NCBI GenBank assembly: GCA_964540715.1
Contig: CAZINZ010000001.1
Span: 21,806 to 85,805, forward strand
Length of the DNA stretch: 64,000 nucleotides
Source: an uncultured Syntrophaceae bacterium
GTDB taxonomy: Bacteria; Desulfobacterota; Syntrophia; Syntrophales; UBA2210
Reading direction: 5' to 3'
A program made the position numbers and the translations under genes. The notes below the pieces were generated by a model, which was not told the DNA's origin, did no database searches, and saw only the letters and a program-made list of their open reading frames with translations. This document shows, piece by piece, positions 1-9,452 of this stretch (positions within the stretch are counted from its first letter, which is position 1; every line of letters begins with the position of its first letter).

Positions 1-210
1 CGTTTTTATCTCCAGTAATTCCTGGCGTGAATCTCCGAGGGCTCTTCTAAACCTTTTGATTTCCCTCGAGACAGATCCGCCTGTAGTCAATTTATGGAGT
101 GTTTCTTTGACGTCCTGGCGATTCAAGACATAGACACCACCAATCACTATGCCGGGAGAAACTCCTATACCCTTGAGGGCAATTGTCGTTTTCAGTTCAT
201 TTTCGCCCAA
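1..210 (-). CDS. ptsI: PTS Enzyme I (phosphoenolpyruvate-protein phosphotransferase), N-terminal fragment running off the window
   Basis: Not in the ORF track because it has no stop in the window. Reverse translation from TTG at 210 gives LGENELKTTIALKGIGVSPGIVIGGVYVLNRQD...REIKRFRRALGDSRQELLEIKT, a typical EI N-terminus. It starts directly after the HPr stop codon. Confidence 0.75.
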   Translation of the reverse strand, partial: MGENELKTTIALKGIGVSPGIVIGGVYVLNRQDVKETLHKLTTGGSVSREIKRFRRALGDSRQELLEIKT

Positions 211-480
211 TTATTCTTCTCCGAATTTATTTTCCACGAGTTCTTCAATCTCCCTCATGATATCATCCGCATCCAGACCGACGGCCTCAACCGTAATGCG
301 GCTTTTCATGGGACATGCAAGTGTTAATATATCAAGGATGCTTTTGCCGTCAACCTTTCGTCCGTCTTTCTCAAGTAACACACTGGCATCATATTTGTTC
401 GATGCATTTACTATCGTGGCTGCGGCTCTCGCATGAAGTCCCAGTTTATTTTTTAATGTGAATGTCTTGATTCTCTTCAT
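211..480 (-). CDS. ptsH: phosphocarrier protein HPr
   Basis: 89 aa. Contains the His-15 motif (LGLHARAAA) and the Ser-46 region (GKSILDILTL). Confidence 0.9.
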   Translation of the reverse strand: MKRIKTFTLKNKLGLHARAAATIVNASNKYDASVLLEKDGRKVDGKSILDILTLACPMKSRITVEAVGLDADDIMREIEELVENKFGEE

Positions 481-481
481 C

Positions 482-1213
482 TTATACTGTCACCACTAAT
501 AACAAGCACACCATTCCATAAAGGATTGCGATAGAAGATATCCCTCTGCCTACCAGCGAGAGACAGAGGAGAACAAGCGAGAATGTCCCCCCCACCGCCA
601 CCCACGGGGGGAAATCCGCAAGGATGATAGATGAGTCAACAAATACCGCACACAAAACGGCAAGAAGGATAGTAGTAACCCACTTCAATGTCCTGACTTT
701 ACCGGGAAGGTCTATCGCGCTTAGAAAACGAACCCCACCCTTTCCGTCCAGATAACCCTCGCAGAAACCCTTCAACCGTACCCATATGTGAATGGAATTG
801 AACATCATCAGAAAGATCAGCGGCGCTACGAGCAATCCTTCAAGTGCAAGGATAACTCCGACCACGGAAGTGAATGGCTTGAACCCTCCCCAGAAAAAGT
901 GATCCCCAATCGCAGCATACGGGGCCATCAGTGTCTCTTTGAGACGAACCGCTTCCGGGCAGTTACTGTCTTCAGAAGACTCCTCCATCCTGGCCACGGA
1001 CCCTATGATCGCCCCTGTAAGATACTGGTGCGAGCTGAACTGCTGAGTATGCCTTGTCAGCGCCCCGGAAACCCGCTCTTTGTCCACTCCAAATCTTCTG
1101 ACGAGAGGAATAAGGGAATATGCAAAACCCGTATTCTGCATCTTCTTAAAATTCCACGAAGATTGAACGAACAGAGACCTGAGAAACATCTCTATCAGGT
1201 CAACCTTTTTCAT
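482..1213 (-). CDS. PTS mannose/fructose/sorbose-family EIID component (membrane)
   Basis: 243 aa. The N-terminus MFLRSLFVQSSWNFKKMQNTGFAYSLIP matches the ManZ/EIID signature (RS..Q.S.N.E.MQ..G). The C-terminus is hydrophobic. Confidence 0.75.
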   Translation of the reverse strand: MKKVDLIEMFLRSLFVQSSWNFKKMQNTGFAYSLIPLVRRFGVDKERVSGALTRHTQQFSSHQYLTGAIIGSVARMEESSEDSNCPEAVRLKETLMAPYAAIGDHFFWGGFKPFTSVVGVILALEGLLVAPLIFLMMFNSIHIWVRLKGFCEGYLDGKGGVRFLSAIDLPGKVRTLKWVTTILLAVLCAVFVDSSIILADFPPWVAVGGTFSLVLLCLSLVGRGISSIAILYGMVCLLLVVTV

Positions 1214-1488
1214 TCTGCAATATCCCCCCTGTTTTCCTGAAAGCTTTCCAAAGTTTTTGAAGACATATTATTAGCAATCAGGGCGAAACATAAGTAACAT
1301 GTTTAACACATTCGGTCAATTGTCAAGAGGACATGCCACAGGGTTATTTTTTTATTGACACGATATATTTTATCTGTTAGTTACCGCGCCAGTTAATTCG
1401 GAACATATGTAATGTTGGGGCCGCCTGCGGCATGACGGTCCTTTTTTTTGTCCGATATATACTCAATCAAAAAAAGGGGGACGGTCCC

Positions 1489-1770
1489 ATGCTTTGCCAA
1501 ACGATCAAGAAAGATTACGAATGTATTTTTATGACCAAAAAAGGGTGTAGTTTTAACGGAGGCAGTTGTCATCCAATCATCGAAAAGTGTGAAGGATGCA
1601 GTAAGTGTATTGAATATTCTTCCGTTAAATATTGCCTCGTTTACCCGGATCCCGCCGGAAAATGGGCCATGGGAGGGTGTCCATCGGCTACACACATAAA
1701 GAAGGATGCGGAAGAAACTGCGCAGAAGATTAATCCTCTGAAGGCGTCAAAAAGAGGTTCCCAAAGATAG
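1489..1770 (+). CDS. small cysteine-rich protein with a P-x-x-K-W motif (PxxKW-type), function unknown
   Basis: 93 aa from the internal ATG at 1489, preceded by a GGGGG RBS at 1476-1480. It has 9 Cys (including CEGCSKC) and DPAGKW followed by GGCPSATH. The upstream part of ORF 1432..1770 looks non-coding. Confidence 0.6.
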   Translation: MLCQTIKKDYECIFMTKKGCSFNGGSCHPIIEKCEGCSKCIEYSSVKYCLVYPDPAGKWAMGGCPSATHIKKDAEETAQKINPLKASKRGSQR

Positions 1771-1852
1771 TTCTTCTCTTCACTTCGAAAGGCTTCAAAC
1801 TGGCTGTGGCGTGGCATCTGCAAAAAACACCGCCGGTATTAACAAAGTCACA

Positions 1853-1895
1853 AGAAAGGCTGGTCAAAGCCATCGGCTCTGACCAGCCTCTTTAT
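1853..1895. terminator. bidirectional rho-independent terminator between convergent genes
   Basis: 10-bp stem AGGCTGGTCA (1857-1866) / TGACCAGCCT (1880-1889), with a T-rich run on both strands. Confidence 0.6.
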
Positions 1896-1976
1896 GTAAG
1901 CCTGAAGGATCCAGCTTCAAAACGGGATCTTCACTTTTGCTCCGGCAGGTTGCGGTGAATTCGCCCACCGTCAAGC

Positions 1977-2306
1977 TCAACTGATAACTTCTCTTATCTC
2001 CCTCAGCCCTCTTTTGATGTCAATCAACCTGCCATCATCTCCAGACGGGATCTGCCCCTCTTGTCGATTTATATCAATCAGTCTCTTTCTGGCACCGGCT
2101 ATGGTGTACATCTCATTGTACAGCAGGGTCTTGATTGCCAGTAATTGTTCCACGTCTTTTTTCCTGTAAAGACGCTGGTCAGACCTGGTACGTACAGGTC
2201 TTACGGTCACAAACTCAGATTCCCAGTATCTGACGACGTAAGGCTTTACTCCCAGTATTTTGCTCACCTCACCAATACGGAAATAATTCTTATCAGGAAT
2301 AGTCAT
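1977..2306 (-). CDS. MerR-family transcriptional regulator
   Basis: The sequence YFRIGEVSKILGVKPYVVRYWESEF...DQRLYRKKDVEQLLAIKTLL is a MerR HTH. The start was chosen at MTIPDK (2306). Confidence 0.8.
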   Translation of the reverse strand: MTIPDKNYFRIGEVSKILGVKPYVVRYWESEFVTVRPVRTRSDQRLYRKKDVEQLLAIKTLLYNEMYTIAGARKRLIDINRQEGQIPSGDDGRLIDIKRGLREIREVIS

Positions 2307-2363
2307 AATAGAGAATCCGCAAATCAAGGGCAACCGTCCGGCACAAAACCAACCTTCAATTCA

Positions 2364-2639
2364 TCAGCTATTTAACGCTTTTTTCAACACCTGACTTGAT
2401 TTAAAGGTCAAGACCCTTCTGGCAGATATCTTCATTTCTTCGCCGGTTTGTGGGTTTCTTCCCCTGCGGGCTGCCTTCTCTTTTATATTTAATTTGCCGA
2501 ACCCGGAGATCTTCACATCCTCACCTTCGGCAAGGCTTTCCTTAATGATATCAAATACGGACTCCACAAAGCAGGCCGAATCGCTCTTTGATATACCTAT
2601 TCTTTCATGTACACTTCTTATGATATCAGCTTTTGTCAT
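2364..2639 (-). CDS. ihfA: integration host factor subunit alpha
   Basis: MTKADIIRSV...GFGKLNIKEKAARRGRNPQTGEEMKISARRVLTFK is a typical IHF/HU fold sequence. A GGAGGGG SD lies in front of the second ATG (2639). The gene sits downstream of pheT, as in many proteobacteria. Confidence 0.85.
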   Translation of the reverse strand: MTKADIIRSVHERIGISKSDSACFVESVFDIIKESLAEGEDVKISGFGKLNIKEKAARRGRNPQTGEEMKISARRVLTFKSSQVLKKALNS

Positions 2640-2664
2640 TTTCCCCTCCATGATCTGGTGTCAG

Positions 2665-5082
2665 CTAAATCTTGACCCCTCTGATCTGCGCACCAGTGTT
2701 TCTTGTTATCGTTTCAACTATCCTGTCATGAACCTCTTCAACTTCGAGGTCCGTCAGGGTCCTCGTGGTTGAACGATACGTAAACCTCACGGCCAGACTT
2801 TTCATCCCGTCTGGAACCCCTTTCCCGTCATATACATCAAATATGCCTGCATATTCAAGCAAATTCTCCCTTTTTTCGTGAGCAAGATTCAATATGGTTT
2901 TCCCTTCAACCGTTCTATCCAGCAAAAACGCAACATCTCTTGATATGGATGGAAACTTCGTAATATCTTTGTAGATCATTTCATCGCGTGGCAGAGCGAC
3001 AATCGTCCGGAGATCCAGCTCGAAGATTACCGCCTTCCCCTTTATATCCATCCTGTCAAGGACATCGGGATGAACATCACCGAGAAATCCGATGGTCTTA
3101 TTGCCAGACATAACATGGCATGACCTTCCTGGATGGAGAAAAGGCCTGTCGCAATCAGAGCTGAACCAGATATCACTGATTCTCAGAGCGTCAAACAGAT
3201 TTTCCACGCATCCCTTAAGGTCATAGAAATCGGATTGCAACCCGTCATCAAAGTGCCACAACCTGTCATATCTCGAACCGCTGACAAGTCCCCCCACCTT
3301 CTCATCCTCCACTGGGAGTTCTTCGTCAATATCAGTAAATATTTTCCCCATCTCAAATATTCTGAGGTCATGATTCCCGACACTGATGTTCTTTCTCATC
3401 GTCTCCAGAAGGCCATATACAAGACCTGTTCTCATGACGGACATATCTTCACCGAGCGGATCTTCAAGCTTTATCACCCTGCGTCCCTTATCATCCTTGT
3501 TCAAACCGAGGATGTCCGCCGTAGTCGGGGTTGTAAAACTGTAGTTGATAACCTCTGAATAACCAAAACCGTTAAATATGGTCCTTATCCTGTCTTCCAG
3601 CGCTCTTTTATCGTCTCTGGTTCCCGTTTCCGAAAGCTCCGGCAGAGATGCAGCGATGTCCTCGTAACCATGAATCCTTGCTATTTCCTCAGTCAGATCA
3701 ATCTCTCTTGAAATATCCACCCTGAAGGTTGGAGGTGTTACAAGATATCCCATCTCTCCATTATCCTTCACTGTCATCTCAAGGCCCTCGAGAATGTCTT
3801 TCATCTCTCCCGATTCAATCTGCGTGCCAAGGATACTGTTCACCTTTTCCGGTCGCAGAGGTATATCCTCTGCCGTTTCGATCTTCACTGGATATTCATC
3901 GATATATCCCCTGCATACGGAACCACCCGACAGACTGGCTATCAGTTGAGCGGCCCTGTTGAGGGCATTTACTACCCCTTCGGGATCAATACCCCTCTCA
4001 AAACGAAAGGCCGCATCTGTACCCATTCCCAGAAATCTTGCAGACTTGCGGATGGATGAAGGGTTGAAATATGCGCTCTCAAGGAAAATCTCTTTGGTAT
4101 CATCCTCAACCTCGGAATTAAGACCACCCATTATACCGGCAACCGCAACCGGCTTGACGCCGTCACATATCATAAGTGTATCGGCGGTCAATGTCCTTGC
4201 CTTTTCGTCCAGCGAAACAAATTCTTCTCCTTCCGTTGCGCCCCTCACCACAATCCTTTTTTCTTCCAGAAATCGGAAATCAAAGGCATGCAACGGTTGA
4301 CCGCATTCCATCATGACAAAATTTGTAACATCAACAATATTATTGATCGCGCGCAACCCCACTGCCTCGAGTCTCGTACGCATCCATGCGGGGGAAGGCC
4401 TGATTTCAACATCTTTTATCAGTCTCGCGGTATATCTGGGACAAAGGCTGGGGTCGAGTATCTTCACAGAGGTCAGGGCATCTGTATTCTCTCCCTTTTC
4501 TTCGAATCCTACATCCGGGCGCCTTACCTTTTTCCCGGTCATTGCGGCAATCTCTCTCGCCATGCCTATCATGCTCAGACAATCGGGCCGGTTCGGAGTA
4601 ATGGACACCTCAAGCACGACATCTTCAAGATCAAGGGCCGAGGTCAGATCCTCACCAAGGGTTAGATCATCGGGCAGTATCATGATACCTGTTGTATCTT
4701 CGCCTATGCTCAGTTCCTCTTCAGAACAGAGCATCCCCTCGGACAGCTCTCCTCTCAGTCTGGAGCTCTTTATCGTGTATCCACCCGGTATGGTTGCCCC
4801 CACTTTTGCGAGAGGTACAATATCGCCCGCTTTTATGTTTGCTGCGCCGCACACCACAGGAAAGGACTGCTCACCAGTTGAGACTTCACATAATGATAGT
4901 TTATCGGCATTGGGATGGGGCTTAATGGAAAGTATCTTAGCAACAACTACGCCGGAAAAAGCGGGGCTTATCCTGTCAATTGAATCAACCTCCAGCCCGG
5001 CCATTGTCAATTTATCGGCAATTTCCTCCGGGGTCAGCTCTACATCAATATAATCCCTCAACCACTTGAGACTGATTAACAT
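2665..5082 (-). CDS. pheT: phenylalanine--tRNA ligase beta subunit
   Basis: 805 aa starting MLISLKWLRDYIDV. It has tRNA-binding, B3/4, B5 and FDX-ACB-like regions by eye and follows pheS. Confidence 0.95.
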   Translation of the reverse strand: MLISLKWLRDYIDVELTPEEIADKLTMAGLEVDSIDRISPAFSGVVVAKILSIKPHPNADKLSLCEVSTGEQSFPVVCGAANIKAGDIVPLAKVGATIPGGYTIKSSRLRGELSEGMLCSEEELSIGEDTTGIMILPDDLTLGEDLTSALDLEDVVLEVSITPNRPDCLSMIGMAREIAAMTGKKVRRPDVGFEEKGENTDALTSVKILDPSLCPRYTARLIKDVEIRPSPAWMRTRLEAVGLRAINNIVDVTNFVMMECGQPLHAFDFRFLEEKRIVVRGATEGEEFVSLDEKARTLTADTLMICDGVKPVAVAGIMGGLNSEVEDDTKEIFLESAYFNPSSIRKSARFLGMGTDAAFRFERGIDPEGVVNALNRAAQLIASLSGGSVCRGYIDEYPVKIETAEDIPLRPEKVNSILGTQIESGEMKDILEGLEMTVKDNGEMGYLVTPPTFRVDISREIDLTEEIARIHGYEDIAASLPELSETGTRDDKRALEDRIRTIFNGFGYSEVINYSFTTPTTADILGLNKDDKGRRVIKLEDPLGEDMSVMRTGLVYGLLETMRKNISVGNHDLRIFEMGKIFTDIDEELPVEDEKVGGLVSGSRYDRLWHFDDGLQSDFYDLKGCVENLFDALRISDIWFSSDCDRPFLHPGRSCHVMSGNKTIGFLGDVHPDVLDRMDIKGKAVIFELDLRTIVALPRDEMIYKDITKFPSISRDVAFLLDRTVEGKTILNLAHEKRENLLEYAGIFDVYDGKGVPDGMKSLAVRFTYRSTTRTLTDLEVEEVHDRIVETITRNTGAQIRGVKI

Positions 5083-5111
5083 ATATATTCACCACCACTG
5101 ATTTAAATAGG

Positions 5112-6128
5112 TTAAAACTGCTCCAGGAATCTCCGGTCGTTCTCGAAAAACAGACGAATATCCGATATGCCATATTTGAGCATCGCAATTCTCTCCACAC
5201 CGAGACCAAAGGCAAAGCCCGTAACTTTTTCCGTATCGTAGTGTACTGTCTTGAAGACTTCAGGATCAACCATCCCGCACCCGAGGATCTCTATCCATCC
5301 GCTGTGACCGCAAACGCGACAGCCGGAGCCCTTGCACATCACGCATTGTATGTCAACCTCTGCGCTCGGCTCTGTAAAAGGGAAAAAACTGGGACGAAAC
5401 CTCAGCAGGGTGCCACCACCAAACATCTGCCGGAGAAAAAAAGTTAGGGTTCCCTTAAGATCCCCGAAGGTGATGTCCTCATCAACCAGCAATCCCTCAA
5501 CCTGATGGAACATGGGTGTATGTGATATGTCGGAATCGGGCCTGTACACCTTGCCGGGTGAAAGGATTCTTACAGGGGGAGATAGTTTTTCCATAGTCCT
5601 GATCTGGACTGGGGATGTATGGGTACGCAGGACAACATTATCGGTTATATAGAACGTGTCATGTATATCCCTCGCAGGATGATCTTCAGGGATATTGAGG
5701 GCCTCGAAATTGTAATAAGTCAATTCCACCTCAGGACCTTCTACGACGGAAAATCCCAGGGTTGAGAAGATATCGCATATCTCGCCCTCCACCCTCGTCA
5801 CAGGATGGAGTCTTCCGTACCTTATACCCCTGCCTGGAAGGGTTACATCAATCTTCTGGTCAGACAGAAGCCTGTCCTTTTCCCCGGATTCTACTCCTTT
5901 CAGGGAACTTTCAATCTTTTCCAGGAGGAAATTTTTTATGTCATTGGAAAGTTTGCCGAGACTTGGTTTATCTTCCGGGGAAACATCCTTCAAACCCCGA
6001 AGGATATCTGTGAGGAGCCCTTTTCTTCCAAGGTATCTGGTTTTTATTCCAAGTAACTCCTCCGCACTTTTGGCTGAATTTATCTCATCATGAGCCCTTC
6101 TCCTCAAATTTTCGAGAGCTTCCTTCAC
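5112..6128 (-). CDS. pheS: phenylalanine--tRNA ligase alpha subunit
   Basis: 338 aa with class II motifs (HPARDIHDTFY, FRPSFFPFTEPSAEVD, GFAFGLGVERIAML). Confidence 0.95.
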   Translation of the reverse strand: MKEALENLRRRAHDEINSAKSAEELLGIKTRYLGRKGLLTDILRGLKDVSPEDKPSLGKLSNDIKNFLLEKIESSLKGVESGEKDRLLSDQKIDVTLPGRGIRYGRLHPVTRVEGEICDIFSTLGFSVVEGPEVELTYYNFEALNIPEDHPARDIHDTFYITDNVVLRTHTSPVQIRTMEKLSPPVRILSPGKVYRPDSDISHTPMFHQVEGLLVDEDITFGDLKGTLTFFLRQMFGGGTLLRFRPSFFPFTEPSAEVDIQCVMCKGSGCRVCGHSGWIEILGCGMVDPEVFKTVHYDTEKVTGFAFGLGVERIAMLKYGISDIRLFFENDRRFLEQF

Positions 6129-6133
6129 GTAAA

Positions 6134-6484
6134 TTACTCACCTTTCGCTATACAGGCAATCCTGGAAAATGCTCCGGGATCATTGACGGCCAGTTCCGCA
6201 AGTATCTTTCTATCCAGATCAACTCCAGCGTTTTTTATCCCGCTTATGAATCTACTGTAAGTGATACCGTTCATACGGGCGGCGGCATTTATCCTCGCGA
6301 TCCAGAGCTTTCTGAAATCCCGCTTTCTAACTCTCCGATCCCTGTATGAATATTTCATCGCCCTTTCAACGGCTTCGGTAGCGGTTCTGTACAACCTGCT
6401 CCTCGCTCCGAAATATCCCTTCGCGAGCTTCAGTATCCCTCTTCTTTTCTTCCTGGCATGTATACTTCTCTTTACTCTTGGCAT
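6134..6484 (-). CDS. rplT: 50S ribosomal protein L20
   Basis: [35 protein letters not shown]. Confidence 0.95.
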   Translation of the reverse strand: MPRVKRSIHARKKRRGILKLAKGYFGARSRLYRTATEAVERAMKYSYRDRRVRKRDFRKLWIARINAAARMNGITYSRFISGIKNAGVDLDRKILAELAVNDPGAFSRIACIAKGE

Positions 6485-6505
6485 ATATATCTCCCTGAAA
6501 CTATT

Positions 6506-6703
6506 TTATGCATAAGGAATCAGCTTCTTGATCCCATTCATATCGCTCTTGTCAAGGAGATCCGATTTCCTAAGACTTCTCTTCCTTTTAGTCGTCTTCT
6601 TGGTCAGGATATGGCTGGAATATGCCTTGCTCCTCTTTATCTTCCCTTTCGCGGTAAGGCGGAACCTCTTAGCCGCTCCCCTGTGCGTTTTTATCTTCGG
6701 CAT
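6506..6703 (-). CDS. rpmI: 50S ribosomal protein L35
   Basis: [24 protein letters not shown]. Confidence 0.95.
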   Translation of the reverse strand: MPKIKTHRGAAKRFRLTAKGKIKRSKAYSSHILTKKTTKRKRSLRKSDLLDKSDMNGIKKLIPYA

Positions 6704-6734
6704 TTTATCGCTCCCGGTTCTATTATGAAAACTG

Positions 6735-7247
6735 TCACTTTTTCGGAGGGGATAATACCATTATCATGTTTCTCCCCTCACGTTTTGGAAACTGGTCAAC
6801 AACACATATCTCGCCCAGTCTTTCCTTTATATTCTCCATTGTCTGTCTGCCCTTATCCGCATATACGACCTCCCTTCCCCTGAACATCATTGTTACCTTC
6901 ACCTTGTTGTTCTGTTCGAGAAAGCGTTGTATATGTCGGAGCTTCACCAGCAGGTCATGCTCCTCCGTCTTCGGCCTTATGCGAATTTCCTTCAGTTGAA
7001 CTGTGCTCTGGCTCTTCTTTGTACCATGAGTCTTCTTGCTCTGCTGGTACTGGTGTTTCCCGTAATCCATGATACGGCAAACAGGCGGCGAGGAATTTGG
7101 AGCTACTTCAACCAGATCAAGATCCAGTCCCTCCGCCTTCGCAAGAGCATCAGTAAGTGATATTATCCCCAACTGCTCACCGTCCGAACTGACCACCCTA
7201 ACCTTGTCAACCCTGATCTCGCTGTTGATTCTCAAATGCTTAGCTAT
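6735..7247 (-). CDS. infC: translation initiation factor IF-3 (probable non-canonical AUA start)
   Basis: [24 protein letters not shown]... is IF-3. The ORF track starts at TTG 7235. The AGGAGG SD (7254-7259) is 6 nt from an in-frame ATA at 7247-7245, and a TGA lies at 7253-7251. Confidence 0.85.
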   Translation of the reverse strand: MAKHLRINSEIRVDKVRVVSSDGEQLGIISLTDALAKAEGLDLDLVEVAPNSSPPVCRIMDYGKHQYQQSKKTHGTKKSQSTVQLKEIRIRPKTEEHDLLVKLRHIQRFLEQNNKVKVTMMFRGREVVYADKGRQTMENIKERLGEICVVDQFPKREGRNMIMVLSPPKK

Positions 7248-7297
7248 GTGTCACCTCCTGAATTTTGCAGAAAATAATACGTTATTATAACACACTT

Positions 7298-9214
7298 TTA
7301 TTCATATTTGTCGCACTTTTCATTCACAATGGAAATAAAATCCTTGACGCTCATTGAACCAAGATTACTGCCATCCCGCTGCCTCGGTGAAATCGAGCCT
7401 GATTCTACCTCCCTGTCACCAATAACCAGCATATAGGGGACCTTCTGCATCTGTCCTTCTCTTATCTTATATCCAAGCTTCTCGTTTCTGAAATCTTTTT
7501 CGCAGCGTATCCCCGCATCCTTAAGTTGATTCCAGACATTCTCGCCGTGAGGAATGTGTTTATCGGTCACAGTAAGAACGCTTGCCTGCACTGGAGACAG
7601 CCATACAGGGAAGGCCCCGGCGTGGTGCTCAATCAGGATTCCCATGAAACGCTCTATTGCACCGAGAATGACCCTGTGAAGCATAACAGGCCTGTGTTTT
7701 TCCCCATCCGCTCCTATATATGACAAATCAAACCTGTCAGGAAGTGCAAAGTCACATTGTATCGTGGCACACTGCCACTTTCTTCCGAGGGCGTCTCTCA
7801 GCTTGAAATCTATCTTGGGACCGTAAAAAGCGCCGTCTCCTTCATTGACATCATACGCTATGTTATTATCTTCAAGCGCCTGTTTCAGGGCATCAGTTGC
7901 CAGTTCCCAGTCTTCATCAGATCCTATCGAGTTTTCTGGTTTTGTACTCAGCTCCACCTCATATTCAAAACCGAACACCCCCATGGAATAATCCACCAGA
8001 TCTGCGATAGCCCTGATCTCCGCGTTAAGCTGATCGGGCGTGCACAGGATATGGGCGTCATCCTGCGTGAACTGACGCGCCCGCATAAGACCATGCAGAA
8101 CACCCGTCTTCTCATGCCTGAGAACTGTCCCCAGCTCAAAATACCTCAGGGGCAGATCCCTGTAGCTCCTTATCTTCGATTTGTATATCAGCATATGGGC
8201 GAGACAGTTCATCGGCTTTATACCGTACAACTGTTCATCAACCTCGGTGAAATACATATTTTCTCGATAGTGTTCGAAATGCCCGGATTTTTTCCACAGA
8301 TCTCCCTTAAGTATCTGAGGTCCCATAACGATATCATAACCGCGCTTCAGATGTTCTCTTTTCTCCCAATCCTCTATGATCGTTCTTAAAAGGGCACCCT
8401 TGGGGTGAAATATCACCAACCCCGGTCCTGCCTCATCATTTATCTGAAAGAGATCAAGCTCTCTCCCAAGCCTCCGGTGGTCCCTCTTTCTGGCCTCTTC
8501 TATCACCTTGAGATAGTTATCAAGTTCCCCCTGTGTGGCAAATCCGGTACCATAGATACGTTGAAGCATCTTGTTCTTTTCATCTCCGCGCCAGTATGCC
8601 CCAGCGACATTCAGGAGTTTGAAGGCCACGATCATCCCCGTTGAAGGTATATGAGGTCCCCTGCAGAGGTCGACAAACTCTCCCTGGCTGTAGAGACTTA
8701 CAGCGGTGACATCATCAGGAAGGTCATTCAGCAATTCCACCTTATATAACTCACCTCTGTCCTCGAAGAAAGAAACCGCTTTCTCCCTGGACATCTCCCC
8801 GCGAGCGAAGGGATGGTCGGCGGATATAATCTCAAGCATTTTTTTCTCTATCCTGATAAGATCCTCCGGCGTAAAGGTGTCGGAATATTCAAAATCATAG
8901 TAGAAACCATCTTCTATGGATGGCCCTATGGTCACCATAACGCCTTCGAAAAGTTCCTGCACCGCCTGGGCCATTATATGTGAGATGCTGTGCCTCAACA
9001 CGTCCAGCCCATCTGCGGAGGATATATCAACAGGCTCGATTTCAGCGTCCATTAGCACAGGACAACTCAGGTCCACTATCTCCCCGCTAACCCTGGCCGC
9101 TACGGCTGAGGAAAGACCATCTTCGCCACGGGAAAAAAGCATCTCTCTGACTGTTGTTCCGGACTGGTATGTATCAACAGAACCATCCGGGAATTTCACA
9201 TTGATCTTTTTCAC
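7298..9214 (-). CDS. thrS: threonine--tRNA ligase
   Basis: 638 aa with TGS, editing and class II core regions ([22 protein letters not shown]). It uses a GTG start with a GGAGTGA SD. Confidence 0.95.
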   Translation of the reverse strand: MKKINVKFPDGSVDTYQSGTTVREMLFSRGEDGLSSAVAARVSGEIVDLSCPVLMDAEIEPVDISSADGLDVLRHSISHIMAQAVQELFEGVMVTIGPSIEDGFYYDFEYSDTFTPEDLIRIEKKMLEIISADHPFARGEMSREKAVSFFEDRGELYKVELLNDLPDDVTAVSLYSQGEFVDLCRGPHIPSTGMIVAFKLLNVAGAYWRGDEKNKMLQRIYGTGFATQGELDNYLKVIEEARKRDHRRLGRELDLFQINDEAGPGLVIFHPKGALLRTIIEDWEKREHLKRGYDIVMGPQILKGDLWKKSGHFEHYRENMYFTEVDEQLYGIKPMNCLAHMLIYKSKIRSYRDLPLRYFELGTVLRHEKTGVLHGLMRARQFTQDDAHILCTPDQLNAEIRAIADLVDYSMGVFGFEYEVELSTKPENSIGSDEDWELATDALKQALEDNNIAYDVNEGDGAFYGPKIDFKLRDALGRKWQCATIQCDFALPDRFDLSYIGADGEKHRPVMLHRVILGAIERFMGILIEHHAGAFPVWLSPVQASVLTVTDKHIPHGENVWNQLKDAGIRCEKDFRNEKLGYKIREGQMQKVPYMLVIGDREVESGSISPRQRDGSNLGSMSVKDFISIVNEKCDKYE

Positions 9215-9242
9215 AACATCACTCCAGGCGTTATACCCCTCT

Positions 9243-9275
9243 AAAGAAAAGGCATCATAACCACAGATGCCCCTT
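9243..9275 (-). terminator. hairpin plus U-run between tRNA-Val and thrS (terminator or attenuator)
   Basis: The minus strand reads GGCATC-tgtggttat-GATGCC followed by TTTTCTTT. Confidence 0.45.
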
Positions 9276-9299
9276 TACCATAATTGATATATTTAATAA

Positions 9300-9374
9300 T
9301 GGTAGGCACGCAGGGATTTGAACCCTGGACCCCCACCGTGTCAAGGTGATGCTCTCCCCCTGAGCTACGTGCCT
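9300..9374 (-). tRNA. tRNA-Val (anticodon GAC)
   Basis: The reverse complement folds as a cloverleaf: acceptor AGGCACG/CGTGCCT, D arm GCTC..GAGC, anticodon arm TCACC-TTGACAC-GGTGG, T arm CAGGG-TTCAAAT-CCCTG, with an encoded CCA. Confidence 0.9.
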
Positions 9375-9424
9375 ATGATCTGAAAAGACTGAATCATCTA
9401 ACAACAAATAGGCTTTCTGTCAAG

Positions 9425-9451
9425 AAGTATTATCAAAAGTATTATCAAAAG
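9425..9451. repeat. 12-nt tandem repeat (AAGTATTATCAA x2.25)
   Basis: Direct reading of 9425-9451. The repeat is intergenic between pgsA and tRNA-Val. Confidence 0.8.
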
Positions 9452-9452
9452 C

